Shown here in pieces: positions 23,978 through 34,861 of a stretch of DNA of 64,000 nt (the stretch's first letter is position 1; every line of letters starts with the position of its first letter). Origin of the DNA: Phoronis australis (Eukaryota > Animalia > Phoronida); assembly GCA_002633005.1 (NCBI GenBank), contig NMRA01000416.1, forward strand, positions 101,597 through 165,596, given 5' to 3'. The position numbers and the translations under genes are program-made. The notes under the pieces were generated by a model. The model did not search any database, was not told the DNA's origin, and worked only from the letters and a program-made list of their open reading frames with translations.

Positions 23978-24723
23978 NNNNNNNNNNNNNNNNNNNNNNN
24001 NNNNNNNNNNNNNNNNNNNNNNNNNNNNNNNNNNNNNNNNNNNNNNNNNNNNNNNNNNNNNNNNNNNNNNNNNNNNNNNNNNNNNNNNNNNNNNNNNNNN
24101 NNNNNNNNNNNNNNNNNNNNNNNNNNNNNNNNNNNNNNNNNNNNNNNNNNNNNNNNNNNNNNNNNNNNNNNNNNNNNNNNNNNNNNNNNNNNNNNNNNNN
24201 NNNNNNNNNNNNNNNNNNNNNNNNNNNNNNNNNNNNNNNNNNNNNNNNNNNNNNNNNNNNNNNNNNNNNNNNNNNNNNNNNNNNNNNNNNNNNNNNNNNN
24301 NNNNNNNNNNNNNNNNNNNNNNNNNNNNNNNNNNNNNNNNNNNNNNNNNNNNNNNNNNNNNNNNNNNNNNNNNNNNNNNNNNNNNNNNNNNNNNNNNNNN
24401 NNNNNNNNNNNNNNNNNNNNNNNNNNNNNNNNNNNNNNNNNNNNNNNNNNNNNNNNNNNNNNNNNNNNNNNNNNNNNNNNNNNNNNNNNNNNNNNNNNNN
24501 NNNNNNNNNNNNNNNNNNNNNNNNNNNNNNNNNNNNNNNNNNNNNNNNNNNNNNNNNNNNNNNNNNNNNNNNNNNNNNNNNNNNNNNNNNNNNNNNNNNN
24601 NNNNNNNNNNNNNNNNNNNNNNNNNNNNNNNNNNNNNNNNNNNNNNNNNNNNNNNNNNNNNNNNNNNNNNNNNNNNNNNNNNNNNNNNNNNNNNNNNNNN
24701 NNNNNNNNNNNNNNNNNNNNNNN
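23978..24723. other. Assembly gap (746 N)
   Basis: Run of N. Confidence 1.
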
Positions 24724-25299
24724 TTAAAATAATCGCAAACCTTACCTTTGTATAAGGTCGTGCTTACTTCCTCTCATAGAAGCACCCTTTTCACGCAATC
24801 TCAGATTCAGTTGGCACGGCTGCAAGCCATTTCACCATGCATTTAAAGGGCTCACAATATTGAGGCTGCTTAATCTATCACCACTAGTACATGCTGCTTC
24901 ACGGATCGAAAGCAGACGATCTTCAATTTGGCAATGCTTTGGGGCATTTTGATTGTTAAAATATCAATGGAATTTGTTCTTCAACAGTTTAAAGTGATAA
25001 CGCATTCTTATATACACCTACCCTGTCTTGGCTTAGACCAGTTCCGGTCTTAACTTCATGGGGAATTTCGTGAATCGGGGCCAAGACATTTTGGTCTAAA
25101 GTAAGCCGATTTCGGGGTAAGCTAAAGCGAAAATAGTGTCCTGAAATGCTGGCCCCTGGTTTTCACTGCTTTGGTTTGAACGTTTCAAAGTTCACCAGTT
25201 CACTATCTAGGAGTTTCCGGATCCAGACATCAGTCTCTTCTGAAATTGAAAAATCTTTTGACCTCTGTTAAGACTGGCATGGCAGAGAAATCCTCTATA

Positions 25300-25607
25300 G
25301 GCCCTTTCATTAACTAATGTGGACGCGTCGATGTTTTGAGGAGTTGCGGTCAGTATGAATGGTTAAATTCGATCCTGGATCGAAGTTAACATGCAGCATC
25401 AGTTAACTTTGCAGTAAACAGATGGATTTAATAGCAGAGCATCGATGTTGCGGTGCAGTATGAACGGTCAACTTCTTTTGCATTGAAGTTATCGCCAGGG
25501 GCCACTGTTATTCGTTAACTACTGAGGCCAGTATGAATGGTTCAGTTAAGTTTGCAGTTGATGTCGAAGCTCTGCTCAGAGCAGCATTAAGTCAGTGTGA
25601 AAGGGCT
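25300..25607. mobile_element. PIF/Harbinger-like MITE
   Basis: Ends ggccctttca...tgaaagggct with ata/tta flanks; internal cagtatgaa(t/c)gg three times. Confidence 0.55.
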
Positions 25608-27521
25608 TTACCGCGAGGTGCACTAATCAGGGTCAACAGGTGCAGTCCGTTGAAACAATGAAATCAAATCAAATTACATTTTCTGTTGATAATTTCTAGG
25701 AGTTCCTTCAAGAAAAAATCACAACCATAACTTTTCACAAGCGAAAGAGTTAAAAGATCACTATAGTTCTGATGTATGATATGATATGATATGGTAATTT
25801 AATTAAGCCATATGGTAATTTAATTAAGCCAGTGTTTTGTTGCTGTATAGTCATTGTGAATGTGGCCTGCTCCACACAAAAGACTCAGATCAGTGTGTAC
25901 TGGTAATCAGGATGTCAAGGGTTCTTGTACATTAATCCTACTGACAAACTACAATGGGCCAAGTTTCTAATCATCTGCTAGTGTTTGGAGGCATGTTGCT
26001 TCAGATGTACCCAGGTCGCTCAGTTGGGCACATTGCACCAAACACCTGAAACCATTTTCATAATTTATTACTTACACATAATGGTATAACACATGGCAAT
26101 ACACAAATTAAGACAGAGATGAGGAGCTTAAGAGACCTACAACATTGTGAACATATCCGAGACACACTCAATCTACTAGACCTCAATGTCTCCTCCAGCA
26201 GTTTTTGAATTAAGCTAACATTTAAAAGACAGATACACCTTTCTTCACAAAAAATGGAAACGTAGCATTTTAAAAATAACTGGAGAATGTTCAGTAGTAT
26301 GTAGATATGTGTGCATGGTGTGAATTGTGTCCACACCAGCAAAATTGGGTTTTAACTTTTCCAATCTAATATCTCTTTTCATAATCGCTTCAATTCACCC
26401 TGATAGTTATAACCTAGCTACGGTAACCTGGTTCATGCAAATTCTTGTTTTGGTCGGTTGCCATTTCAGTAGTGGTCAGTGCCATTGAACTTAAGTGTGT
26501 GCTCACATTATGGGTTACGTTTCCAACTATGCTGGTTGTTTATGCTGATGACGGCTAGAACCTGAGTGAAACAGCTAGCTTAACCATATGCACCCTCACA
26601 GACAGTTATCACCCCGGCCAACCCGCGATCGAGAACGACCGGTAAGCGATCGAGAACGAAACCTGTTGCGAGAAGCGAAGCCAGGCAAGGTTAGTAAATT
26701 TGATGAATTTACGTTGTTTTTACTTCCAATGTGAAAACAGAGACATGAGTTCAAGGCGTAACACATTGAGGAAGGGGAGGTATAGGTTTGGGCTGGTTTC
26801 TGTTCCAATTATTGGAGATAAGTTACGTTGAACGAGGCAGCGCTTGAGTCAAAGGTGATTCGTATGTCATTTTGGCAAATTGCGGTTATTTGTGGTACTA
26901 AATCAATAAATTGACCATGAAGTTATGAAGAAGTGACTAGTGAAAATATAACACAACGCTTGTTTTTCATAGTTTTGAAAGGATCTCTGATTTTTCGACA
27001 CTTTTCTGTTGAAAGATGCGATCGAGAATGCAAAAATAAGCGATCGGAAACGCAAATTTTTGTTTTGTTTATGAGATCGAGAACGCATCGTGGTGTGCCG
27101 AACAGTTATGAACTTTTTACTTATAAAACGTGAAAAGGGTTACAAAATAAGTGTGGTGCAATGAATTAATCATATTTTGATTCATTACTGTTACTTTCTT
27201 TTCCAAACTAAATAATATCATAGCATTACCATTAAATTACTACATGTACATCAAGCCTTATTTTAATTATAGATATTTTCACAAATGAATTTATTTTCAT
27301 TTCAGGAAACACGCTCACTGTTATTATTGTGAGGCGAGCTTCAACGAACAGATTAATCAGGGCGCGAAAGTACACCCTACCAGGGTTTTGAAATACAGAC
27401 ATACATGTATACTTTTAAACCAAACCAAGTGAAACAAGGGGTTCTAAACTAAGACTCACCTAGCAATTGCTCCATGTGGCGTGTAAGCCAGGAGTAAACA
27501 AATTGTTGATGCAGATGAAAG

Positions 27522-27637
27522 CAGTGGCAGATTTAGGAGGGGGGGGGGTGTCGAGGGGGCCATGCCCCCTAAAATTTTCCCAAATACCATTTGGCAGTGC
27601 GAATTGCCGACTAGCNAAAATCCTGGATCCGGCCCTG
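27522..27637. mobile_element. hAT-like MITE with 5-bp TSD nested in the CAC element
   Basis: cagtggcagattt...ggatccggccctg; GAAAG at 27517-27521 and 27638-27642; contains an N at 27616, so true length is uncertain. Confidence 0.75.
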
Positions 27638-28639
27638 GAAAGTGAGTGCCGAATGTTCTTGCAGGATTGTGACAACAAAAGGAAAAAAACAAATACGCCA
27701 GTGAAGTTAAAGAATGATGATGAGCGTGCCTGTGGGAGCGAGAAGAGTGCGGCAACACCATTCGTGAGGTGATTCAAAGATTACCGCTCATGAAGGTCTG
27801 GGATTAAAAAAAATGCCAGAAATGGTGTTAACTGTTGCTGATAAAACGGGTGATATTTTGTTGGATGTTTTACTGATATTATCGATACAGAGATGAACAG
27901 ATTGACTTGTGGCACTTGTGTGGCTTGGATATACAACATATGTTTGACTCTTCTGTTTTATAGTGAGGCAAGATATAATACACCTACTATATTGTGATTT
28001 TCTCAAAAATGTAGTTAAAATGTTGTCTTTAACATCACTTCAAGACACAATGTAGTGATTACACAGGAAATCAACAACAATATTAAAGCAGTTCTATAAT
28101 ATTATTAATCTTTTATCACACATACCTCAAAATTGGTCATACAGAAAAAAGATATAAAACATTGCTTTAGGGAAATCAACATAACACATCTAGTGTACAT
28201 TTCCTGCGAATTATTTTTGGAGTGTATTAGACTAAATCATCACTGAATCATAGACAATCTATTTCGGACAGGTTCATAGTATAAAGTTCTCTCACAGGGA
28301 AACAACAACAATATGAAAACAGTTTCTACAGTTATGGCAGACATATAGTTTTCTTTTAAAATACTAATTGGTCATAACAATTGTATGTAAGAATCACCCA
28401 ATGACACATAGAGTGGCCATTTAAATGTACCCAAACACAACAAAAATGCACCGGTTCTGTTAAAGATGCTGCTGAAATAACACAAATAGAAAAAAGGTTC
28501 AAACCAAACGTCAAAATAGTATCACGTCAGACAACTACCAACCATTAACTCTGTATATCTGAATAAAGTTTTGTGACTTAACAACATTCACTACTGGACT
28601 GAATTATTTTATCCATGGTGATTCTGATTCTCTTGCATG

Positions 28640-29585
28640 ACACATTCACAACAACAAGGAGTGTCCTCAGGCTTACTCTTTCTGTGAAACATTGATCGCA
28701 GATTGGGCACTGAAACAACTTGGTTTCTGAGCACTATGCTTCATATTGTGTTTTCTTATGCAGTAAAAAAAATCTTGCCCCATGCAACAGGGGGCTGGTA
28801 AAGGTCTTGTTTGCAGCTAGTGAGTGACACTGTGTTTTATTGTCATTTGGTTATACAAAAAAGGTTTCTTCCTGAACGAAGCTTCACAACATATATGCAT
28901 ACACAGCCCTTTGTCACATGCAGCAGTTGTGCTACCGGTACTCTTTTTTGAAGGCATGTATGTTAACACTCTGAAAGACTTCTCATGCGGCTACAGTTCA
29001 ACTGAAAAATCAAATTAATCATATTTGTGAGGCTAAATCTCACAGAGAAATCATGAAAAACGGTGAAGTATAACAAACAATTGACCTGTCAACTAATTCA
29101 TGGTCGTATTATTCTAAAATTATTGATATAACAATGTAACTTGAACAATTATTCAGGAAAATGTACAGAAAAAAATGTGCGTTCACGATCGCCATGGAGA
29201 ATTAACAGCTTTGTTCCCGGTCGCCGTCTCACACAAGACCTGCTTGTATCGGTAGATAGCTCGAATTGTTTCACAAATTATAACTAACAAAGGTGTCAAC
29301 AGCTACGATTTAACTATAAACGTCACACGTGTCCACTGAAGAACCCAAGAATTGCTAATAACAAGTAGAAATTGACGAATTTACGAGACGCAAGTCATTT
29401 TACCAAAAGCCATTGCATTCTGCGGTCTCTATTTCAAAAAAAAGCAAAAGCCAAGTATTATTTCGGATCCACAACAAAGGCTAAGCTCTGACGCTTTTCG
29501 GTATGCTGCATTGGTACCAAAGTAGCCTCTATTTAAGAAGAAAATGACACTTAAACTCACCAGGTACTTCACTGTCGTCTGCCAT
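28640..29585 (-). pseudogene. Decayed spliced C2H2 zinc-finger gene inside the CAC element
   Basis: Exon 1 aaaaATG GCA GAC GAC AGT GAA GTA CCT G|gtgagt (29585-29561); acceptor ttgatttttcag| at 29001; fingers CMHICCEASFRKKPFLYNqMTIKH and FQCPICDQCFTERVSLRTlLVVVn with His codons one base off; in-frame stops and a frameshift. Confidence 0.6.
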
Positions 29586-29780
29586 TTTTGGTGTAAGATC
29601 TCGTTCTCGATTGCCTTCCGGCCGTTCTCGATCGCAGGTTGGCCAGGGTGGTTATGGTACAGTTAAAACTTTTACAACCTGTTTTAAAATGTTTAGAATA
29701 GAACCCTCAAACCAGAGCCAGAAGCGGATAAATATTCTCCACAAAGCAGTGGATCAAAAAAGACATTTCTGTAGGCCAAC

Positions 29781-30447
29781 CAGGGCTTCAACCAGGATTT
29801 CGAAAATAGAGTGTCCAAAATGGGGTTCCCAATATTCCAGGGTGTTCCAGTGGCGCATTACCCCCACCCCCACCGCATTTCACCAGTAATCCCCCCATGC
29901 ACACTGAGGTTTTTACAAAAAATGCGTTGACTAAGGTTTTACATCTAAGTTTACAGAAACAGCTCTCCTGCTGTGAGCTTTTTTTACTAAAAACAGTGTG
30001 TGGACCAAAACTTTTTTCTAAATTCACGAAAACAGCCAAGTAGCTTACCAAACAAATGTTATACAGATATTGGTTGAACAATGAGTGTACTATTTTGGTT
30101 ATCTTAAGTCAGATTGCTGTAGTAAAGTTTATCATATCATCTTAACTGGCTTTTATACCCTGTACAATGAGTCATCAGAGCTGCAGTTACCAACACAAGA
30201 AAAATGCACTGATCGTGTGTGGTTTATATTTTGGCAACAGGTGTCACTGCTGCTCCATATTAAAACGTTAAAGCCCACATTGAAAAGTGTGAAACCGGTG
30301 CAAACTCAAAAATGTTAAATGGACATATTCTTGTAGCACAATATAGCATTAAACTAAAGACATTTCGCTTTTGGTGTTTTTAAAAAAAGATGAAAAACAT
30401 GAAACTACAGCTCTGAAACACCAGTTTGCAGTCAACCAATGTCCCTG
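29781..30447 (+). mobile_element. hAT-like non-autonomous element; inverted copy at about 55879-56561
   Basis: caggg...ccctg ends; internal ggtttatattttggcaacaggtgtcactgctgctccatattaaaa shared with the reverse complement of the 56050-56100 region. Confidence 0.75.
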
Positions 30448-31187
30448 CCGCTATAAAAAGTACTGAATCATTGGAAATGATAATACCACTGAAAGTAGAC
30501 TACGCTAGTCTGGTAGACCCTGAGTACTGCTAATGATTGCAATGACTTTTCAGTAGTATGAACATTGCAACATATTCAATACACTGAGTTGAAGGGGCTG
30601 ACATTTCTTTCTTAAACTTACAATGACTTAACAGTCTTACAATGTGTGTCCTAACTGGAGAAATTCTGATTGACATTTGGTGTCCTTGCCAGGGCGTCCA
30701 GATTATTATGAGGGTGTCCATTTGGACGCCCAAGATGTACGCTGCCTGAAGGCCTGAGGCCAACAGAATGCACTAAATGAGACTTGAATTCTTAAAATTT
30801 TCTGGAGAAGCCCACAGATACCCCTTGCAGGAGGTCATACCCCTCCTGTACCCTCCCCTTTGCCAACTTTGTTGGCATTTGCCAGACCAATGAAAATGTT
30901 ATTATGGTGGAAATCTGGAAATGTTGTAAATGTCTTCATTATAAAATAACAATTGGGCCCACTATCTGTCAGTATCAGGTCATTGAGGGGTGTTTAAATG
31001 AAGGTCAAGTGTTGGATGAGCTGCGATCAAAATTCTCATGTTTAGCACTGCCCAGAAACAAATTCAGATCTCTCGTCTTAATGTTAATTACATTTTCTTT
31101 TCAATTGTTATGTTTTGCAGAAAACTCAAGAAATCAGGAGCTGAAGGTGAATAAATATCTTATCCTTTGTCAGTCAATAGTCACGCT

Positions 31188-31259
31188 ATGTCATCTCGGA
31201 AGCGAAGCCGTCATTCTGAACAAAGCTGTTCCGCAGCCGCTTCACCACCAAAGAAACAA
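31188..31259 (+). CDS. PCYT1A: Choline-phosphate cytidylyltransferase (CCT), coding exon 1; exon begins 31121
   Basis: tgttttgcag| at 31120; ATG TCA TCT CGG AAG CGA...AAA CAA|gtgagc; MSSRKRSRHSEQSCSAAASPPKKQ (basic NLS-like). PCYT1A vs PCYT1B is not resolvable. Confidence 0.75.
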
Positions 31260-32966
31260 GTGAGCAGAAATATTGTTAAAGAATCCCTGTTTTACAAGAA
31301 TTTCTTTAGGATTTTCCTACAGAATGGATTAGATTTCTAATGATTCAACATAAGACTACAGCTGTGTTTTGGTTTTAATGAGATTTGCAGCTATACATCA
31401 GACAGGGTTTAATAAGTACGCATACTTTTTCAAAAATATGCAAGATTGATTTGGCCGAGGATTTCACAGATTTATAAACATTTCATGCGATACCCTGAGC
31501 TGGGTTGCAAAGAGTAGTTGATAATTGATGAATCCTTTTTATTTTATGCAACTTTTTATAAAATCTCTCCAGATTAGATCGACTAAATTGTTATTTTCTC
31601 ATATTTTTTCCGAAGATAAGTTACACTTTTTAATAGGCATTTTCACTGAGTTGTCTCTCCTTTGGCGGGACCATCGCTTTGTCCTGTGCCCCACCACTGC
31701 CAAATTTCCATATAATGGCCATTTATTTGTGTGCTTTACCACATGACCTTCCTGTTTCATTTTACAGCCATGACTGTGGTAATATCTCACCTACTTAGGG
31801 CACAATATGGAGAACACGTGAACTTTCAAAGTTTAACTTTCTTCATCATCTTTTGCTCTACAGTTACATCAGGCAATGATTTGCAAAATTGTGGGCATTC
31901 ACTTACACGTTAAAAGCCTTTGGAAGTGGAGAAAAATTAGCTGTTGTTTTTTTTTAGATGATATTTCTGTGTGTTGGACATTGCCCCTTGCGGCATGGCC
32001 TACATCAAGATGTCCTGATTTTTCATTTTGGGAATGTTGACAACAATCATGATTAATTTTTTGACTGTTTCCAAACTCTGCTCCATTGTTACCATCATGC
32101 AATATCACAAAAATTGAGCATCCACTAGAATCCATTGAAAAGAAAAAAAATAGAAATTTTGTCAACTGTTTTCATCAAAAAATGGTAAAATTCTGCCGTA
32201 TTGACAACTGAACAGCAGATAGTCATCTGTATCAACTCAAACATTGACAGTTTTTAATTGTACATAAAGAATCTGTTTAAATTTTTTTGTTAAATAACTG
32301 TATAGAATTATTGACAAGTTGCCCTCTTGTGCTGCTATTTCAGTAGATATTTCGGGCAAGCAAAAACTGACATTTTTTGTTAAAAATGCATTTTGCCCAT
32401 TGTGGTTAAAACATGACCACACTTATCCAATCCTGGGTTACTGCTGTATAAATCCTCAAACCAGTTAGTTACAGGCATGGTTCCATTTCCAAATTTGCAA
32501 TTCCAGAGTTCATTGTCAACGATAAACTCTTGATTCAGTGATGGTTCCAGTGTTTTTGTTGGTTAACAGAAATGCAAAGCTATCACAGTTAGGAATATTA
32601 GGAGACTGTCTTTAGTAGGGCAAAACCTTGAGCCAGTTAAACAGGGAGAATGCAGTTTTATGGGTCTATATTTTTCTTGGATTCAATTAATTAAGTCTAG
32701 TGTGTGTTAAGGTTACCACGGAGTGGTTTCTACACTCACAGTTCTTGTCAGCAGATAAACACAACCTAACGTCTCCAGAGCATCTGATTATGCCTCAGCA
32801 TTGAACGCACTTCCACCAATCAATATGATGTAAGCAATCATTTTCCCTGAAACTTGCCTTACTGATTGTGTACGTATTTCTGAACTAGGCCACTGTAACT
32901 GCTTGGTGTGTGTTGCAATAATTTTCTTCTTAACAATTGAGTAACTTCTGTATGTCTGCTTTTCAG

Positions 32967-33002
32967 GCTACTGAGGATATTGGTCTACATTCCACCAACG
33001 AG
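32967..33002 (+). CDS. PCYT1A: PCYT1 coding exon 2 (36 nt, phase 0-0)
   Basis: tctgcttttcag|GCT ACT GAG GAT...AAC GAG|gtatgt; ATEDIGLHSTNE. Confidence 0.65.
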
Positions 33003-34746
33003 GTATGTGTAAACTGATAAAAATGTCAGTGATAAAGTAAGCTATGTAGGGGTACCAGTATATCGCTTGTCTACTCATGTAGTCAATAAATGGGATTGCA
33101 GTGTTGTGTTCATACATGGTGTGATGAATTACAGCGTATTAGTGCACCTTGTGATATATCAATTGGAGTTGGACTGCATGAGATCGTTTTGCATAATAAT
33201 ATACATATCCCTTTGTCATGAAGATAACTTGCTTTGCAAACTATTGGAGGAACCGATGTATTCTGCCTCTCAGCCTTCCCCATCCGACTTAGGGAGTAGA
33301 AATGTATATGACGCAGTGTGATATATAAATGTGACTTCATATAACACCCTTTAGAATTTTGTTAGGTTTGTGCATTTTCAAACAAAATAAAATGATTGAA
33401 TAATCAACACTCAACAATGTTTAGAAATTGGAAAACATTTAGCGTTTCGGCTGCACTATGTTAGTTACCTAGTAAATAAAACATTTAGCAGCAAGTGAAT
33501 CCCAGATACTGAGGCATATTTTTATCAGTACAACCTCAGTGTAATATTCTCAGCCATCTTGTTTGTAATGTAATGTAACCAGATTTGTCACGTTTATGCT
33601 GCATTAAGAAGTAACCAGTTTAAACCTGGTGAATCTCTTGGTAGACTTTGACCAGGCTTATATCAGCAGCTTGGTTGAATCACAGGTAGAGATCATTGAA
33701 GGGCACCTTCTGATTGTTTTAGTTGACAACCACATATTAACGTTTCTCTGTTCAAGGCAACCGTAGTGGTGGTGGCCAAAGGCCAGATTGTCAACGCTGA
33801 AGTTTTTAAATAGATAATTAAATATCTGGATATTTATACTTGGTATACTGATAATTATTGCCCTTCACTCGAGGGAAGTCTTAGAATGGCGATGGCTGAG
33901 TGCGAGCATGGCGAAGGCACCTTGGATTTGGTTTGGAGTTTTTTCTTTAGCATCCACTTTTGAGTATTTAATATGTTTACGGTAGATTTTATTTGTTATA
34001 ACTGTTGCCAGTCTCACGTGTGATGTGTGGGATGTATAACTGATCACACTGTGTCACTATTGGAGACTCATGAAGTAAATGATTGTTTTGGCTCATGTTT
34101 AGGGATTGAACCCTTTGTTTTGCCTCTGTATCAATACCAAAACTTAATGTTCCTAAACACACAGTATAAGTTGACCGAATCGAGTTCACTAATTAGCAAG
34201 CACTAAAAATGTGTTCCAGTTTGATATTTGCAATTTTGGCTTAACTTAATTAGGACTGCGTGGGTCTTTAAAATTCGAGGAGTTTCGTCGTTTCACTAGA
34301 TATTTTACCAGATGGTGCCAAAAAGCATAACTTAAGTTGTAGTTGTGTTGCTAGATGAGTTAGCATTAATTTTGTTTTTATAAAAGTGTCAAGTGTGCAA
34401 ATTACATGATAGCATGTATTTTTCGTGATCAATATTGATTGGCAGATTTTCTTCTGAGCTGATTTGCAGAGAAACAGTTTGAGGGAGGAAGTTTATGTCA
34501 CTTATAAAATAAACTCAGTAAGAATGGCAACAGTTCAATAAAAATGCTGGAAGGTAAGGCTCGTTTATGGGGTTGAAGAGACTTGTCCTAAATGATCGCC
34601 CAAATTGATGATTTTTAACTCACAAGAACCTTGCAATATGTATTAGATACAGGACTAAATGGAGATGCATTGAATAGGAATAAATTGAAGGTAATTATTT
34701 TTCTGTTTCGTGAGCAGTTTTTATACAGATTTTTACTTTGTTACAG

Positions 34747-34861
34747 TTTACAACAAAAGTATCGCCAGCACCATTCCACCATGAAGAAACAGCCATTAAA
34801 ATTCGTAACGACTGCGATTATACAATCAGAATCACTAAGGAGATGGCCATGTCAGGAAAAG
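34747..34861 (+). CDS. PCYT1A: PCYT1 coding exon 3
   Basis: tttgttacag|TTT...AAA G|gttgga; 115 nt; FTTKVSPAPFHHEETAIKIRNDCDYTIRITKEMAMSGK; PAPF cap motif; phase 1 fits next exon. Confidence 0.85.

Larger units (their letters stand above)
26610..29650. mobile_element. 3,041-bp non-autonomous DNA transposon, 50-bp TIRs (CAC...GTG), 5-bp TSD GTTAT; Transib/RAG-like end signature
   Basis: Left CACCCCGGCCAACCCGCGATCGAGAACGACCGGTAAGCGATCGAGAACGA vs reverse complement of right CACCCTGGCCAACCTGCGATCGAGAACGGCCGGAAGGCAATCGAGAACGA (44/50); GTTAT at 26605-26609 and 29651-29655. Confidence 0.88.

Noticed and set aside
23948-24727. 259-aa ORF
   Set aside because: Almost entirely the N gap.
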